The position numbers were made by a program, and so were the translations under genes. Positions 24,431 through 36,533 of a DNA stretch of 64,000 nt are shown here, piece after piece. Below the pieces are notes generated by a model. The model was not told the origin of the DNA. It was given only the letters and a program-made list of their open reading frames with translations, and did no database searches. The DNA comes from Cyanophora paradoxa CCMP329. Taxonomy: Eukaryota > Plantae > Glaucophyta. The first letter of the stretch is position 1; the number at the start of each line of letters is the position of its first letter. The stretch spans positions 1-64,000 of the forward strand of contig QPMI01000079.1 of NCBI GenBank assembly GCA_004431415.1. The letters run 5' to 3'.

Positions 24431-26329
24431 TCAGGCGGCCGGCTCGGGGCCCGACTCGTCGTCGCGGTCCTGGGTACCCGTGCGTGAGCGTCACGGAAGG
24501 GTACGGCTCCGGTACGCGCGGGGCGCAGGCGCACCTCCTCATCGAAGCCATTAGGCTCAGGCCTCAGATACTCGGCCGACTCCCGCGGCTGGCGGCGGGA
24601 GCCGTGGCGCTTTCGGTTCGCAGGGTTGAGGCAGAACCAGCGGTGCCGCGAGAGGCCCTGGGGGTACGCGTTACGACCGGCGGGCGGGCGGGCGGGCGGG
24701 GGGTGCGATGGGAAGCGGCGGGGGGGGAGGGGGGGGGGGAATGCGAGCCTGCAGGTTCTTGCAGGCCTTCCCGCAGGTTTCGCACGTGAGGTTGGGCGCA
24801 CCGCCCGCGCCGGCGTCTCCCGCCTCGTCGGGAGCTGCGGCGTGGGAGGGGAGGGCGGCGTCCGGGGGTACGGCGGGGCTAACGGAGAAGCGCTCCGGGG
24901 GGGAATCGACGGGGTGGGGGAAATGGGCGAAGGGGCCCGGAACGAGGGAGATGGGGGGGTCGGGGCGCGAGAGGCTGTGCGAGGGCTCTGCGTCGGGGGC
25001 GAGGTGCTGCATGTCCATCGGGGCGGGCGCGGGCGGCTCCGGCTTAAGCTGCGGCGGCGGCGCTGGGGGCTGCGGCTGTCGCTGTGCGGAGGACGCTGTC
25101 GGCGGGGAGGCCGGCGCCATGGGCTGCGAGCCGGCCGCCACCGGAAGCGGGGAGCTGGAGGAGCTGGCCCTGGGGTTCAGCGCGAACGGCGAGAACACCT
25201 CCTGCGCGATCGCCGGCGGCTGGGGCGCCAGCTGGGCCGCAGCTAGCTGGCTCGGCGTAAGCGGCGCCGAGACGAATCGCTCGACAACAGGGTCACTTGG
25301 GCGCTGCGGCCGCTGCTCGGGCGCAGGCGCTATCCTCGGCCGCGACGAAGGGTGCTCGTCGCCTCCTCCCGCCGAGATTCTGTGGGGCTCCGGCCCCCGC
25401 AACTCCTCCGCCTTGCGCTTCTTTTTCCTGCAGTAGCGGCGGTGGACCTGGAAGCTGTTCGCGTTCTTGTACATATTCGCCGACAGGCCGCACGATTCGC
25501 AGAAGACTTCGCCCGTCTCTGCGCAGGGGTCAGACGCGCACCGCAGCGCGCGCGCCCTCACGCACCGCTCACGCGCGCCGAGGACTTGAATTCATACTTG
25601 ACCTGTGCAAGAGGTCGCAGCGGCGCGAGGCGGGCGAGGCGTCGAGCGGCCGCACGGGAACGTAGTTCGGCTCGCGAAGCCTCCGACAGTAGCGCCGATG
25701 GCCCAGGAAGCTCTCCAGGTTCTTGTATTTGGAGCTTGGGCTCCCGCACCACTCGCACTGGCGCTCCACGTCGTCTGCGGAGGGCTCAAGTGCGCAGAGA
25801 GCGCTGAAAGAGGGCAAGCAGCACCTAAGGGAGCATCCGACTGCGGCCCCGAGGTGGAGTGCTGCGATAGCCGGGTCAGCCACGCCGCAACGAGGCCGGG
25901 GACCAACAGGCTGACCGAGAGCGGTGTGGGCTGCGCGTTACTCTCTGGAACAGCAGCATCGTGCGAGGGCGGGATAGGCCCGATATCCGCCTGCTCCTGG
26001 GGTTTCACGCCGCTCGCTCCAGAATGCGGGGCCAGAGACAGCGCAGCGTGCGTCGCGTAGGCTGCCATCGAGTCGCTTGCTTGTGTGTGCATCCCGTCGA
26101 TGCTTCCGTGCTGGAGAACGAAGACGGCCGCCCGCGCATCTCCTTCTGCGCGAAGCGGCTCCTCCATCTCTCCGCGCGCTACAAGCTCTGAAAATACGCC
26201 TCGCCGCCTCCGCCGAGCGCTGCTGTCGTTTTCCGGCGATTTCGAACCCGGCGGCTCGGCTCCGGCAGGGTCCCTTTCCTCCGCGCCGGCGCCTTCGAAT
26301 TCGAATTCGAAGTCCATGGCCGGCGCCAT
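24431..26329 (-). CDS. Protein with three C2HC-type zinc fingers, copy 1
   Basis: CEWC...FLGHRRYC, CESC...FQVHRRYC, CETCGKACKNLQ|GLSRHRWFC; Pro-rich linker; KKKRK NLS-like motif. Start may instead be the downstream MEEPLR. Confidence 0.7.
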
Positions 26330-26604
26330 GGCCCGGCCAGCCGGCTCGAGCGGCGAGTCGAGCCGCTGAGCTCAGCGCTTCGAATTCGCGGCGCCGGCGC
26401 CAACGCCGCCCAACGCGGCTCAGCGCTAGCGCTAGTATTGCTCAGTGCTCAAGCTCAGTGCACGTGCTCATGACCAGCGCTAGCCATGGCGCCGGCCACG
26501 TCCACTTGCAATAGTACGCATACCTCATGAATCCGCGGAAAGAGACCAACGGGCGATCGAGTGGGAAAGGGGCGGAATAGGAGACACGGAAGGGGAGCTA
26601 TCGA

Positions 26605-28304
26605 TTAAGCGGCCCTCTCGAAAGCGGGCTTGCAATTGTCATCGCGGTCCTGGGTACCCCTGCGTGAGCGCCGAGGGGGTACGCCCGGCCCGGGGACCGG
26701 CCACGCGCCCACCTCTTCAGAAGCGGTGTCGCGCCTCGTTGAGTCGTTCGGCTCGCGAGCTGCGGACGAACGGCGCCGCTTATTATTGGCGGGGTTGAGG
26801 CAGAACCAGCGGTGCCGCGAGAGGCCCTGGGGGTACGCATCACGGCCGGCGGGCGGGGGGGCGGGGGTACGATGAGAAGAGGGACGGGGCGCGAGCCTGA
26901 AGGTTCTTGCAGCGCTTGCGGCAGGACTCGCAGGTGAGGTTGGGGGTACCCCCCGCGCTGCCCGAGCTCGAGCCTCCAGCCCCGCCGGCTCCCTCCTCGG
27001 AACCGATCGCCGGGGGGCGAGGCGGGGGGAGAACGTGTGGTGATAGGGTTGTGCCGAAGGGGGCGGGCTGGGGCGGGCTGGCGGCGGGGGTCGGGATCGG
27101 GAAGCTGGATTGGCGGGGCAGGGGGGCAGGGGGGTCGGAGGAGCGGGGTACGACGGAGAAGGGCTCCGGGAGGGGCGCGCGGTGCTGGGGGGGCGGCTCG
27201 GCGGGCGCCGGCTGTTCTGGCAACTGCGGTCGCGGCGGCGCCAGGGGGGATGCCGGCGGCAAAGCGGGTGCGCCGGGCTGCGAGCCGGCCGCCACCGGAA
27301 GGGGAAGCGCGGAGCTGGAGCTGGGTACGGTGTCCAGCGGGAACGGCGAGAACACCTCCTGCGCGATCGCCGGCGGCTGGGGCGCCAGCTGGGCCGCAGC
27401 TAGCTGGCTCGGCGTAAGCGGCGCCGAGACGAATCGCTCGACAACAGGGTCACTTGGGCGCTGCGCCCGCTGCTCGGGCGCAGGCGCTGTCCTCGGCCGC
27501 CCCGAATGGCGCCCGGGGCCGCCTTCTCTTCGGGCCTCCTCCGCCTTGCGCTTCTTTTTCCTGCAGTAGCGGCGGTGGACCTGGAAGCTGTGCGCGTTCT
27601 TGTACATGGTGGCCGACATGTCGCACCACTCGCAGAACATCTCTCCCGTCTCTGCGCGGGGCTCAGACGCGCAGCAGCGCACAAGGAGCCCTCGCGCACC
27701 GCTGTAGCGTGGCGAAGACTGCTCGTACTTCACCTGTCGGGCGGCGTCGCTGCGGCGCGAGGCGAACGAGGCACCGAGCGGGCGCACGGGAACGTAGTTA
27801 GGCTCGCGCATTCTTCGACAGTGGCGGCGATGGCTCTGGAAGCTCTCGTAGTTCTTGTACTTCGAGCTCAAGCTCCCGCACCACTCGCACTGGCGCGCCA
27901 TCTCTGACTCGCCAGGGCATCGGAATGCGAAAGAGAGCAAGCTAGAGAACATAAGAAGCACCAGTTGACTCATTCTGCCTCCGTTCGGTGTTTGGGGTCT
28001 GCGCATGATCAGACGGCGAGGGGTGAGCAGGGCTACAGGCAGGCCGGGGCTCTGCAGGCTTACTAGATGTTGGCCCGGCTCAGAGCTCTTCGACTCTGAC
28101 ACAACAGGCGCAATCTGCGGCTGTGCCAAAGCATTCACGCCGCTGCTTCGACGTCAGCGCGAAGCGAGAGACAGCGCCGCGTGCGTAAACGTACGCTGTC
28201 ATCGAGTCGCTCGGTTGCATATGCAACTCGTCGATGCTGTGGCCGTGCTGAAGGGCGAAAACGGCCGCCCGCGCATCTCCTTCTGCGCGAAGCGGCTCCT
28301 CCAT
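26605..28304 (-). CDS. C2HC zinc-finger protein, copy 2 (tandem paralogue; 5' region frameshifted, possibly truncated or pseudogenic)
   Basis: CEWC...FQSHRRHC, CEWC...FQVHRRYC, CESC...LSRHRWFC; long near-identical blocks shared with copy 1 (e.g. 27341-27490 vs 25184-25330, 28261-28365 vs 26124-26230). Confidence 0.6.
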
Positions 28305-28493
28305 CTCTCCGCGCGCTACAAGCTCTGAAAATACGCCTCGCCGCCTCCGCCGAGCGCTGCTGTCGTTTCCCGACGATTGCGGACCCGGCGGCTCGGCTCC
28401 AGCGGGATCCCTTTCCTCCGCGCCTTCGGAGTCCAGCCGGCTTGGCGCTTCGCGGCGTCATCGCCAAGTCGCCGCCAACGCCGTAGCCTGACG

Positions 28494-30991
28494 ATGTCAA
28501 ACGCGCCGCCGGCCGAAGCTCCGGGCCTTCGGAGTCTGCCGTCCGAGCTGCTGGCCGCCGTGCTGGGCCATCTGACCGTCCGAGAGCGGGCTGCGGCCGC
28601 GCTGGTCAGCCGGAGCTGGCGGACCGCCGCCGCCGCCGCGCCGCACACGCAGCCCCTCGAGCTCATGTCCGCTGGCCATGGCGCCCATGCCCCGGCCGCT
28701 TGAATCGCCGCGTTGCGCGCTGATCTGTGACCCGTGCCGCGCAGCGCGTTTGGGGACTGCGCGGAGGCGGCGGACCTGGGCCCTGCGCGCCTCGCCCTCA
28801 ACCGGTACGTCGAGGGCACGGCGCGCCGGTTCATGGGAGAGGCGGCAGACGCGCTAGCGCCGCTGGCGCGGCGCGCCCTCGCGGCGGGGGAAGCCGCGCG
28901 AGCGCTGAGGGCGCCGCTCTGCGCCGGCGCGTCGGCCCTGCGGCTGGTCCTGCTCTTGGCCGATCCCGAGGGCGCGCCGGCCGGCGCCGGCGCCGGCGCC
29001 GGGGCCGAGGCCGGAGGGGAGGCATCCCCGCTGGCCTTTCTCCTCGCCGGGGCGCCCCCGGCCCTCGAGTCCCTCGAGCTCGTCCTCCCAGGTGCGCTGC
29101 GGCGGTCCCGCGGTCCGTACCCTGGGAGCCGGCTCAAAGCAAAAGCGTACCCCACATTCGGGAGCGGCCCAGATGCCCCCGCGCGTCCAGAGGGGCCCCT
29201 GCGCCTGCCCCCCGGGCCGGCCTGACGCTGGGTGCAGCGACACTGTACCCGGCGGCCGTGGGGCGGGCCTGCGCCCTGCTGGACCTCGGACGGTGTACCC
29301 CCCGGCTGCGGACGCTCGCCCTTCGGGCCCACAGCGGCGTGCTGGGAGAGCTGCCACCGGAGAGCGTGCGCCCCGTACCCCGCTTCCCCCCTCCCCCTGC
29401 CTCTCCTCAACCTGGAAATGAGATTACCCCCCCATCTCACCCCCATCACCCCCACCCACCCCTTCCCCCCCTCTCTTCCCCCCACCCACCCGCACCCCCG
29501 CAGGCGCCGCGGCTGCCCCTGCTGGAGCGCGTGGCGGCGCACGTACCCCTCGCGGACGGCTCCCCCGCGGCCGCGGAGGCGCTGCTGGCTTCGCTGCCGG
29601 CCCTGCGGCGGGTGGACAGGGTCTCAACCCGCACGCCGGAAGCGGAGGCCGGCGCCTCGGGGGCGCGCCCCGTGCGGCCTGTGGCGCTCGCCGCGCTCGC
29701 CGCCGCCGGCGTCGCCTGCGGGGCCCTCGCCGTGGGGGCCTGGGGCGACTGCCCGACGGACCTCTCCGCCCCGGAGGACGCCACCGCCGTCGCCGCCCTC
29801 TTCCGCCCCGCCGCCTTCGAAGAGGGCCCCGGCCCCGGCCCCGGGTCTGGGGACTGCGGGGGCCTGGCCCTCGCCACCGCCCTCCTCCCCGCCGAGTGGC
29901 CCCGGGGGGCCTTCGCCGGCGCCGAGTCGTGCGGCCCGCCGAGCGCAGCGGGCCCGCTCCGCGAGGCGAGCCCGTTCTCCCCGCGCAGGATCCTGCTGTG
30001 CGACACGCCCGTGCACGCCTCCACGCTCCGCTGGCTCGCGGGTGAGGCCGGCGCCGCGCCGGCTCTCGGCGGTCAGCCTCCGGGCTCCGAGCTCGCTCGC
30101 GGCCGCAGGCGGGGCGCACGCGGCGACGCTGCGGGAGCTCCGGATCGAGGCATCTGAGGTCCCCCTCCACGCCACCGCCGGTCCGCCCCGCGCAGCGAGG
30201 CCCGCCCGCGCCCGGCGAGCCGCACCATAAGCTAGCTCTTTAGCTCTAAGTTCAGTCTCCCCGTTGCTGGCTGTAGAGCGCTCCAGGACATGTACGCAAC
30301 CGTCGCACTCTAGAGCGTTCGAATTCCTAGGGCGAGCCAATATGTCTCGGCACAGCTCCCGCAACCGGTCCCCCGGCGTGCCTCGCACGCCCCCCTCACG
30401 TGTACCCCCTCCCCTTTCGAACCCTCAGGGGAGCTGCTGGGGTTACTCGATGCGCTGCCGAGGGCCCGCATGTGGCTCTTCCCCCCCGCGAGCTGGCCCG
30501 AGTCCGAACTCGAGGAGCTGCTCCTCGTGCGCTGTACCCCCTGCTGCCTATGCGCCCCCCCCCCCCCCCCCCCCCCCCCTCCTTCCCCCCTTTCTTGACC
30601 TGAGCGGCGCCCACGGCGCAGCGCGCGGTCGCCTCGGGGGACCTCTTGTTGCGCCTGCAGGTGCCGTGTACCCCCGGGGCCCGGATTCACATCCTGTACC
30701 CCCGACGCACGGGGGTACGGCAGGTCGCGCAGACGGAGGCGACCTTCGACGAGGAGTCCCCCGCCGGCGCCGCCTACGCCGCCTACCGCGACGCGCGGGT
30801 GCCCGTACCCCCCCTCCATCCCTGCCCCCTCTTCGCCTTGCGACGCGAGCCGCCAGGAGGCGCTGCTGGGCCCGGAGAGGCGCGGGGTCCATCTCGAAGA
30901 GGACCCGAACGCGGCGGCGGGCTCCGGGGCCGAGTTCGAGGCGCAGGCCGAGTGCGGGGGGAACTCACCAGGGGCCGCGCCCGGCGAGTAG
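28494..30991 (+). CDS. F-box protein with degenerate LRR-like C-terminus
   Basis: LRSLPSELLAAVLGHLTVRERAAAALVSRSWR matches the F-box consensus; later LESLEL, LRTLAL, LRELRI motifs; stop 30989-30991. Confidence 0.8.
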
Positions 30992-32418
30992 CCGGGGGGA
31001 CGGAGGGGCGACTCTGCGGAGCGCGCCCGCGCGCGACAGGCGCCCGGGTACGGCTCGGGGCGCACAGTTAGCTGGGCCCGCCCGGCCCGCCCGGCCCGCC
31101 CGGCCAGTCCAGCGTCCCGCCTCGAGCTGCCCTCGTCCCCCCCTCTCACTCTCATGATCAGCTTATCGGGGAAGGGAAAAACACTTCCCTGTCCTACTAG
31201 GCTAATTATTAATTCCCCAGCCTCGCTCGCCGAGTCGCCCCCCCTCCCCTCAGACGCAGCCCTAGATGCTCCCCCGGCCCGGGCCCTCTCCCTTCTCCTC
31301 GCCCTCCAGACGTAGCCCTAGACGCAGCGACGTTTCAGTGGGCATACATTTAGTGACTCTGCGTAACTTGATATACATGTACATGCGCTTGTGATTGCTT
31401 TGAAATTTGGGCTTTTCAAAGTTTATATGGATACGAAAGGGATCCGAACCCACGAAGTACGTATACGTGCCCACGATTTCGAAGGGCGCGTCGAACCGAT
31501 GATCGCCGCGGCGCGGCGCAATTGCAATTGTGCTGTCATGGTCCGACGGTCCGATGATCAGCATAGGCCTGCCAGGCTGTCACTGTTAACCAGTTAACCA
31601 CGATCTACACTTTACGGGTGCCCGCGGCCGCCTACGTATACTGTCCGACGGTCATGATGTCATGATCCGCCCGGGACTCGGGACACGGTCTACTAGCTAA
31701 TTGCGCATGCTGTCATCATGGCATGATCCGATCGCGATGATCAACCTGCCAGGCTGCAGCTGCCGCAGTGCAGCTGTAAATTATATTCACTGTCGCAGTG
31801 CCTGCCGGCGCCAGGCTGTCACTGTGTCACTGTAAATTATGACCAGTTACCCCGGCCCCACATACGATCTGCGCATGCACTTCACATGTAGCGGCTAGGC
31901 TATAGCTAGTGCGTATACTGATCGTTATATGAGACTCTAAGAGCTAGCTGTAGCTATATATAGAGCTGCTGATACCATATGCATACTATGATATGTATGT
32001 ATGCATGTACGCAATCAATGAATTTGTACTTCAAATATCGAAATTCTGCAGAATTCGAACTCAGTCGCTACAGCTGGCCCTAGGCCTAGCGCTATGTACA
32101 CCCGGATGCAATATTTAATCTGCATACGTATTTGCCGTCATGCACGATTTCGAATTCTGACAAAAACCCATCCTGCAGCTGATCTTATAATTATGAGGCG
32201 AGAAATTGAAATGGCGCATGCGGGCGCAGTCGCCGCGCAGATATCTATTACTAAAAAAGACACATGTATACATGTTAACGTAATGCATGGGGCGAACCGG
32301 ATTTGTGGACGGGAAAAATTATAAAATTAGCTATGTACTTGGAAATGGTAAGTTAAGAATACGTATACGTATACGTATATGTTTTGTATATATGCCAGAA
32401 GAATATAATAGAAGCTGC

Positions 32419-33959
32419 TCAGATCTGAAAATCAAAGTCGGCCACGTAGACGTACGCGTCGGCGTGGCCGGACTCGAGGCGGCCGCGGAGGCGGTTGGCG
32501 AGGGCGTGGCGGCGGAGGTGCGTGCGGTCCCAGAGGCGCCGGCGGTCTTCCCCCACCTTTACGTCGGGACGCTCCAGGCTACTCAAAATCGCCCGCGCCG
32601 CCGCCGCCAGCCACGCCGGGTCGACGGCGCATCGCGGCGGGGAGGAGGGACCGGAGGAGGAAGAGTCGACGTCCGAGGGCGAGGGCGAGGGCGACGTCGA
32701 TGGCGAGCGGGAGCGAAGGCGGATGCGGAGGGCGGCGCGGACGCAGCAGCCGACGGGGACCTCGTCGAAAGGGGCGACGGAGAGGGCGCCACTTGCCGCG
32801 TCCTCCCGCGCGATGCACTCGAGGAGGGCGGCGAGGAAGTCGCGGCACCACGCGGCCCGCCCGCCCGGCTCCCGATCCATGGCCGATCCCGGCGCCTCGC
32901 GATCGCCGGCGCCGCACTCGGATCCGGAGGAAGCGCCCCACCAGAGGGCGAGGTTGACGAGGCTCGACTGGACGTGCCGGCGCGTGACCACCGACTGCCC
33001 GTCCACCCCGCGCACCGAGTCGCTCAGCCAGTCCGCCTCGGCCAGCGAAACCGCCTCCGCACGCGTCCACTTCGTCCGCAGCGCGCGAAAGAGGGCCTGC
33101 GCATGCGCGTGCTAAGCTTAAGCGGGCCGTCATCGTGAGTCCGGATTTCTCAAACAAACTAATTGCAAGTGAAATGAATTGAATGTGAAGAAGCTTATGA
33201 TGAATTTATAAGGGGACGCACGAGGTGGAAGGCGGAGTAGGGCTTGAACTCGACGGCGGGGACGCGCGCGGCGGACTCCACCGTCCCGCCCACTATGGCT
33301 GCCCAGAACTGCGCGACAAGGGGGATCCCGGACGTTCGGGCCGGGCCACGTGCGCATGCACACGAATATATATGGGGGGCTGGGCGCGCCTCGTCCAAAA
33401 CCGCCTCGAGCTCCTCCTGCGCGTCGTCCGCATCCTTTATGTGCAGTTGCGCCGACTGCCAGCGTTCAACAACATTAATATTGATTGGGCGTCGGGCCGA
33501 ACGCGCCGGCCGGGGTTGTCGGCCGCGCGTGGGCGGGCCCAGACGGACCTCGAGCTCTAGCCCGCCAGTGGGGGCTCTGGGGACCGCGGCCGGCCGCGGA
33601 AAGGGCGCGGATCCGGAGGCAGCGCTCGCGGTGGACGTTTGCCCCGGCACTGCTTCATGGCGAGGCGAGCGCGGTTGGAGCTGATCGTGGCCATTGAGTG
33701 CCGCCGCCGGCCGCGGCTTGAAGGGACCATCGCTAGCTATAGCGCTGCAGATGGCTGCGACCGCGGGGGCCGGCGCCAACGCGGGCTCCGGCCGGCTCCG
33801 CGGCCGTGCACGTGGCGAATTCGAAGTCGGGGCTGCGCATTTACTGGCATGCGTAGCTGGCCATGGCGGCGAGTCCGAAGTGCTCGCGATGGCCGCTGGA
33901 ACACCCGTCGTGCGCGGCGGCGCGGGAGACAATCGCGGCATCGACGGGGACGCTCCCAT
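32419..33959 (-). CDS. Hypothetical protein (low-complexity N-terminus, helical domain)
   Basis: Long GC-rich ORFs 33195-33977 and 32419-33015 linked by plausible short introns; segment YSAFHL..LFRAL...AEADWLSDS...QSSLVNLALWW...DFLAALLECIA looks like a folded domain. Confidence 0.5.
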
Positions 33960-34375
33960 CGATTGCGCGCGCGCCACGCACTTTAATGCAGCGCGTGCAC
34001 CCGCGGCCGCGCGCCGGGCGCTCGAGCTCGCGGGATATCGATCTACTGCGCTAGATTCGATGCCACTGCAGCTGCCATGATGATCCGATCCGATGATCCA
34101 CTCAGTGTGTGACTGCAGCTGGGCCAGATCTAGATCGATATCTGTGATCGGGACGTCGACCTAGGCCCGCAGTGCCGCAGTGCATGCGCACTCGCGGCAG
34201 TGCGCACTGATGCGCATGCATCATGCATATGGCATGATCTGAGTAGCAGTGTCTCAGTGACTCCAGTGAGTACTACCGGTACCGTAGAACACATAAACAC
34301 CGCGCCCACTTAATTACCGCGGTACCAAATTACCGCGCCGAGAATTTGTTAAAAGAATTTGTTACCGCGCCTGTT

Positions 34376-34508
34376 TAGAGGGGTATCCCCCCTAATGTCC
34401 ACGGACATGTCCACCCGGACCCACGGACATTGACACGACATGTCCGCGGACATGGAGTCATGGACATGTCAATGCATATGTCCGCGGACATCGGACACGG
34501 CAACCCTA
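34376..34508. mobile_element. hAT-like MITE remnant with TGTCC/GGACA subterminal repeats
   Basis: Ends in ggcaacccta (reverse complement of a TAGGGTTGCC hAT-type end); many ggaca/tgtcc motifs in both orientations. Confidence 0.4.
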
Positions 34509-35310
34509 AGTACAGCCCATGGCACCCATGCCATGATGATGCTATGATGCACATGTACTGTACATGGCACAGATGCTATGGAGCCTATGATCGATGCACA
34601 TGCATATGCTACTAGTAGCCTACTACAGCTGTACTACGGTAGCCTGTACTATGTATACGTAGTACAGGCTGTACAACAGTGCCACGGTGACAGCACTGAC
34701 ACTGCACTGTACTACGTGACTGTAGTAGTGACTGTCACAGTGTACATCCCCGGGCGCCGGCGGCGGGCCGCCGGCCGGGCGCCGGCGCGGCGGCGCCCGG
34801 GCCGCCCGGCGGCCCGGCCGCGGCGGCGGGCCGGCGGCGGCGCCGGCGCCTGGGAGCTGCGACTCTACTAGGCTAGCGCTAGCCTGCGAGTCGGCGCCGA
34901 CTCGGCGGCGACGTCGACCGTCGGACGTCGACGGTCGACGGGCCAGCCGGCCGGCGCCGGCGCCGCCGGGCCGCCGGCCCGGCGCCGGCGCCGGCGCCGG
35001 CCGGGCCGGCGGGCCGGCCGGCGCCCCCGGGGCCCCGCCCGGGGCCCGCCGGCCCCGCGCGCGCCCGGCCGGCGGCCGCCCGGGCGGCCCCGCCCGCGGC
35101 CGGCGCCGGCGCCTCCGGCGCCGGATCCGGATTCCGGATCCCTTGAAAGACGGCGAAAGGACCAGAACCTGTTCTTAAGTTTTTCGAGTCGCATGAAAAA
35201 TGAAAGAAAAACGAACTTCGGAAAAATGAAAAACTTTTGCAGCCTTAAAAAAAAGCTTCGGCTGAATTCAAGTGACTCAGAAAATTGCATGAAATTGTGC
35301 CATGGGCCCA

Positions 35311-35551
35311 TGACTCCTATAGAACCAGTTTATTTAGTACAGTAAAATAATTAGTAGTTCGCCAAACTGTCAGTTTAGCAGGGGCAAAATCTTTAGTAGG
35401 TCGGTCTTCGCAGGGCTTTTGTGTGGCGGAGAAGAGACTACCCCTACGAAATCACGGCTTTAGCAGGCGAGAAATATTTAGTAGATCGCCCAAAAACTTT
35501 TAGTACTATATATAAATATGCAGCACACTAAATATTTCTAGTTCTACAGTC
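35311..35551. mobile_element. ~240-bp MITE with imperfect TIRs and internal tttag(t/c)ag repeats
   Basis: Left tagaaccagtttatttagt versus reverse complement of right end tagaactagaaatatttagt. Confidence 0.45.
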
Positions 35552-35599
35552 AGTGTTTTGACGCCGCGCGGCGCTAGTGCCGGCGCGGCGGCGCCGCGC

Positions 35600-35752
35600 T
35601 ACCATGTAACATTTAATTATATAAGTAATTATGAATGCGCGCACTTCCGTAATGCGGACCATGCCGCGGTCCATGCGGTACCTATAGCTAACTTAGTAAT
35701 TAATGCGTTATTTTGTGACAAAACGCATTAATTTGGGACTGCATTAATATAT
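35600..35752. mobile_element. Degraded partial copy of the 36288-36533 MITE
   Basis: Shares aatgcgcgcactt...taatgcgg...aattaatgcgtt...caaaacgcattaatttgg with the 36288 copy. Confidence 0.6.
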
Positions 35753-36287
35753 TAAAGTTTGTTACCGCAGTTATTTTTGTTAAAACGCGGTAATTTGGTA
35801 CCGCGGTATTATATTTTGCCCCACCAGGTATATGGCGAACGTACTCATGATGATTCGATCATGATTCAATGATTCGAAATTCATGATCAAGTTCGGCAAT
35901 TGCAAGTTGCAACCTTAACAAACTTGAGTTTGCGAAATTGAGACAGCCGGCGCACCCTCCTGAGAGCTCGAGCCTGCTACGTATATATATACTGCTAATA
36001 GTCTGGAATATTATACCGTATATACCTACCTGGTACCATGTACACGGAAAAAAGTATCGATCCGGCCGCGGGCATCATATGCATATTCCCTTGAATTTGC
36101 TCCACGTATATAACAACTTACTAGAACTTAGTAACGAAAAAGTAACTTTTCGGTAAGCCCAAAAATTACCAGCCGCAGATCGAGCCACCTTAATAATAAG
36201 CTTGTTAAATGAAATCGCAACCGCCGGCCGTTGAACTCCCTGCATGCGGGCCGCATTATGGCCCGCATTATATGGGCCGCATATGTA

Positions 36288-36533
36288 CCGTAATGCACTT
36301 TATTAATGCGCGCACTTTATTAATGCGGCACCAAATTAATGCGTTTTCCGTTGGCAAAACGCATTAATTTGGCACCGCATTAAGATCGAAACGCTAAGAA
36401 AAATGCGCTATGTACCCCCTAACGCAGTCAAAAGGCTTCAAAACGCATTAATTTGAGACCGCATTATTATCTGTACTAGGGATCCGGGTCCAAAAACGCA
36501 TTAATATTTGGCGCATTAATTAAGTGCATTACG
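36288..36533. mobile_element. pogo/Tc1-like MITE (AATGCG motif variant)
   Basis: 23-bp TIR 36289-36311 / 36511-36533 with one mismatch; TA-CCGTA left end; internal aaaacgcattaat repeats. Confidence 0.75.

Larger units (their letters stand above)
34279..35830. mobile_element. pogo/Tc1-like MITE (ACCGCG motif variant) split by nested insertions
   Basis: Begins taccgta; taccgcggtaccaaattaccgcg (34314-34336) is the reverse complement of 35786-35808. Confidence 0.5.

Noticed and set aside
36040-36193. Kolobok/piggyBac-like end (gagccaccttaa)
   Set aside because: No matching left terminus could be identified.
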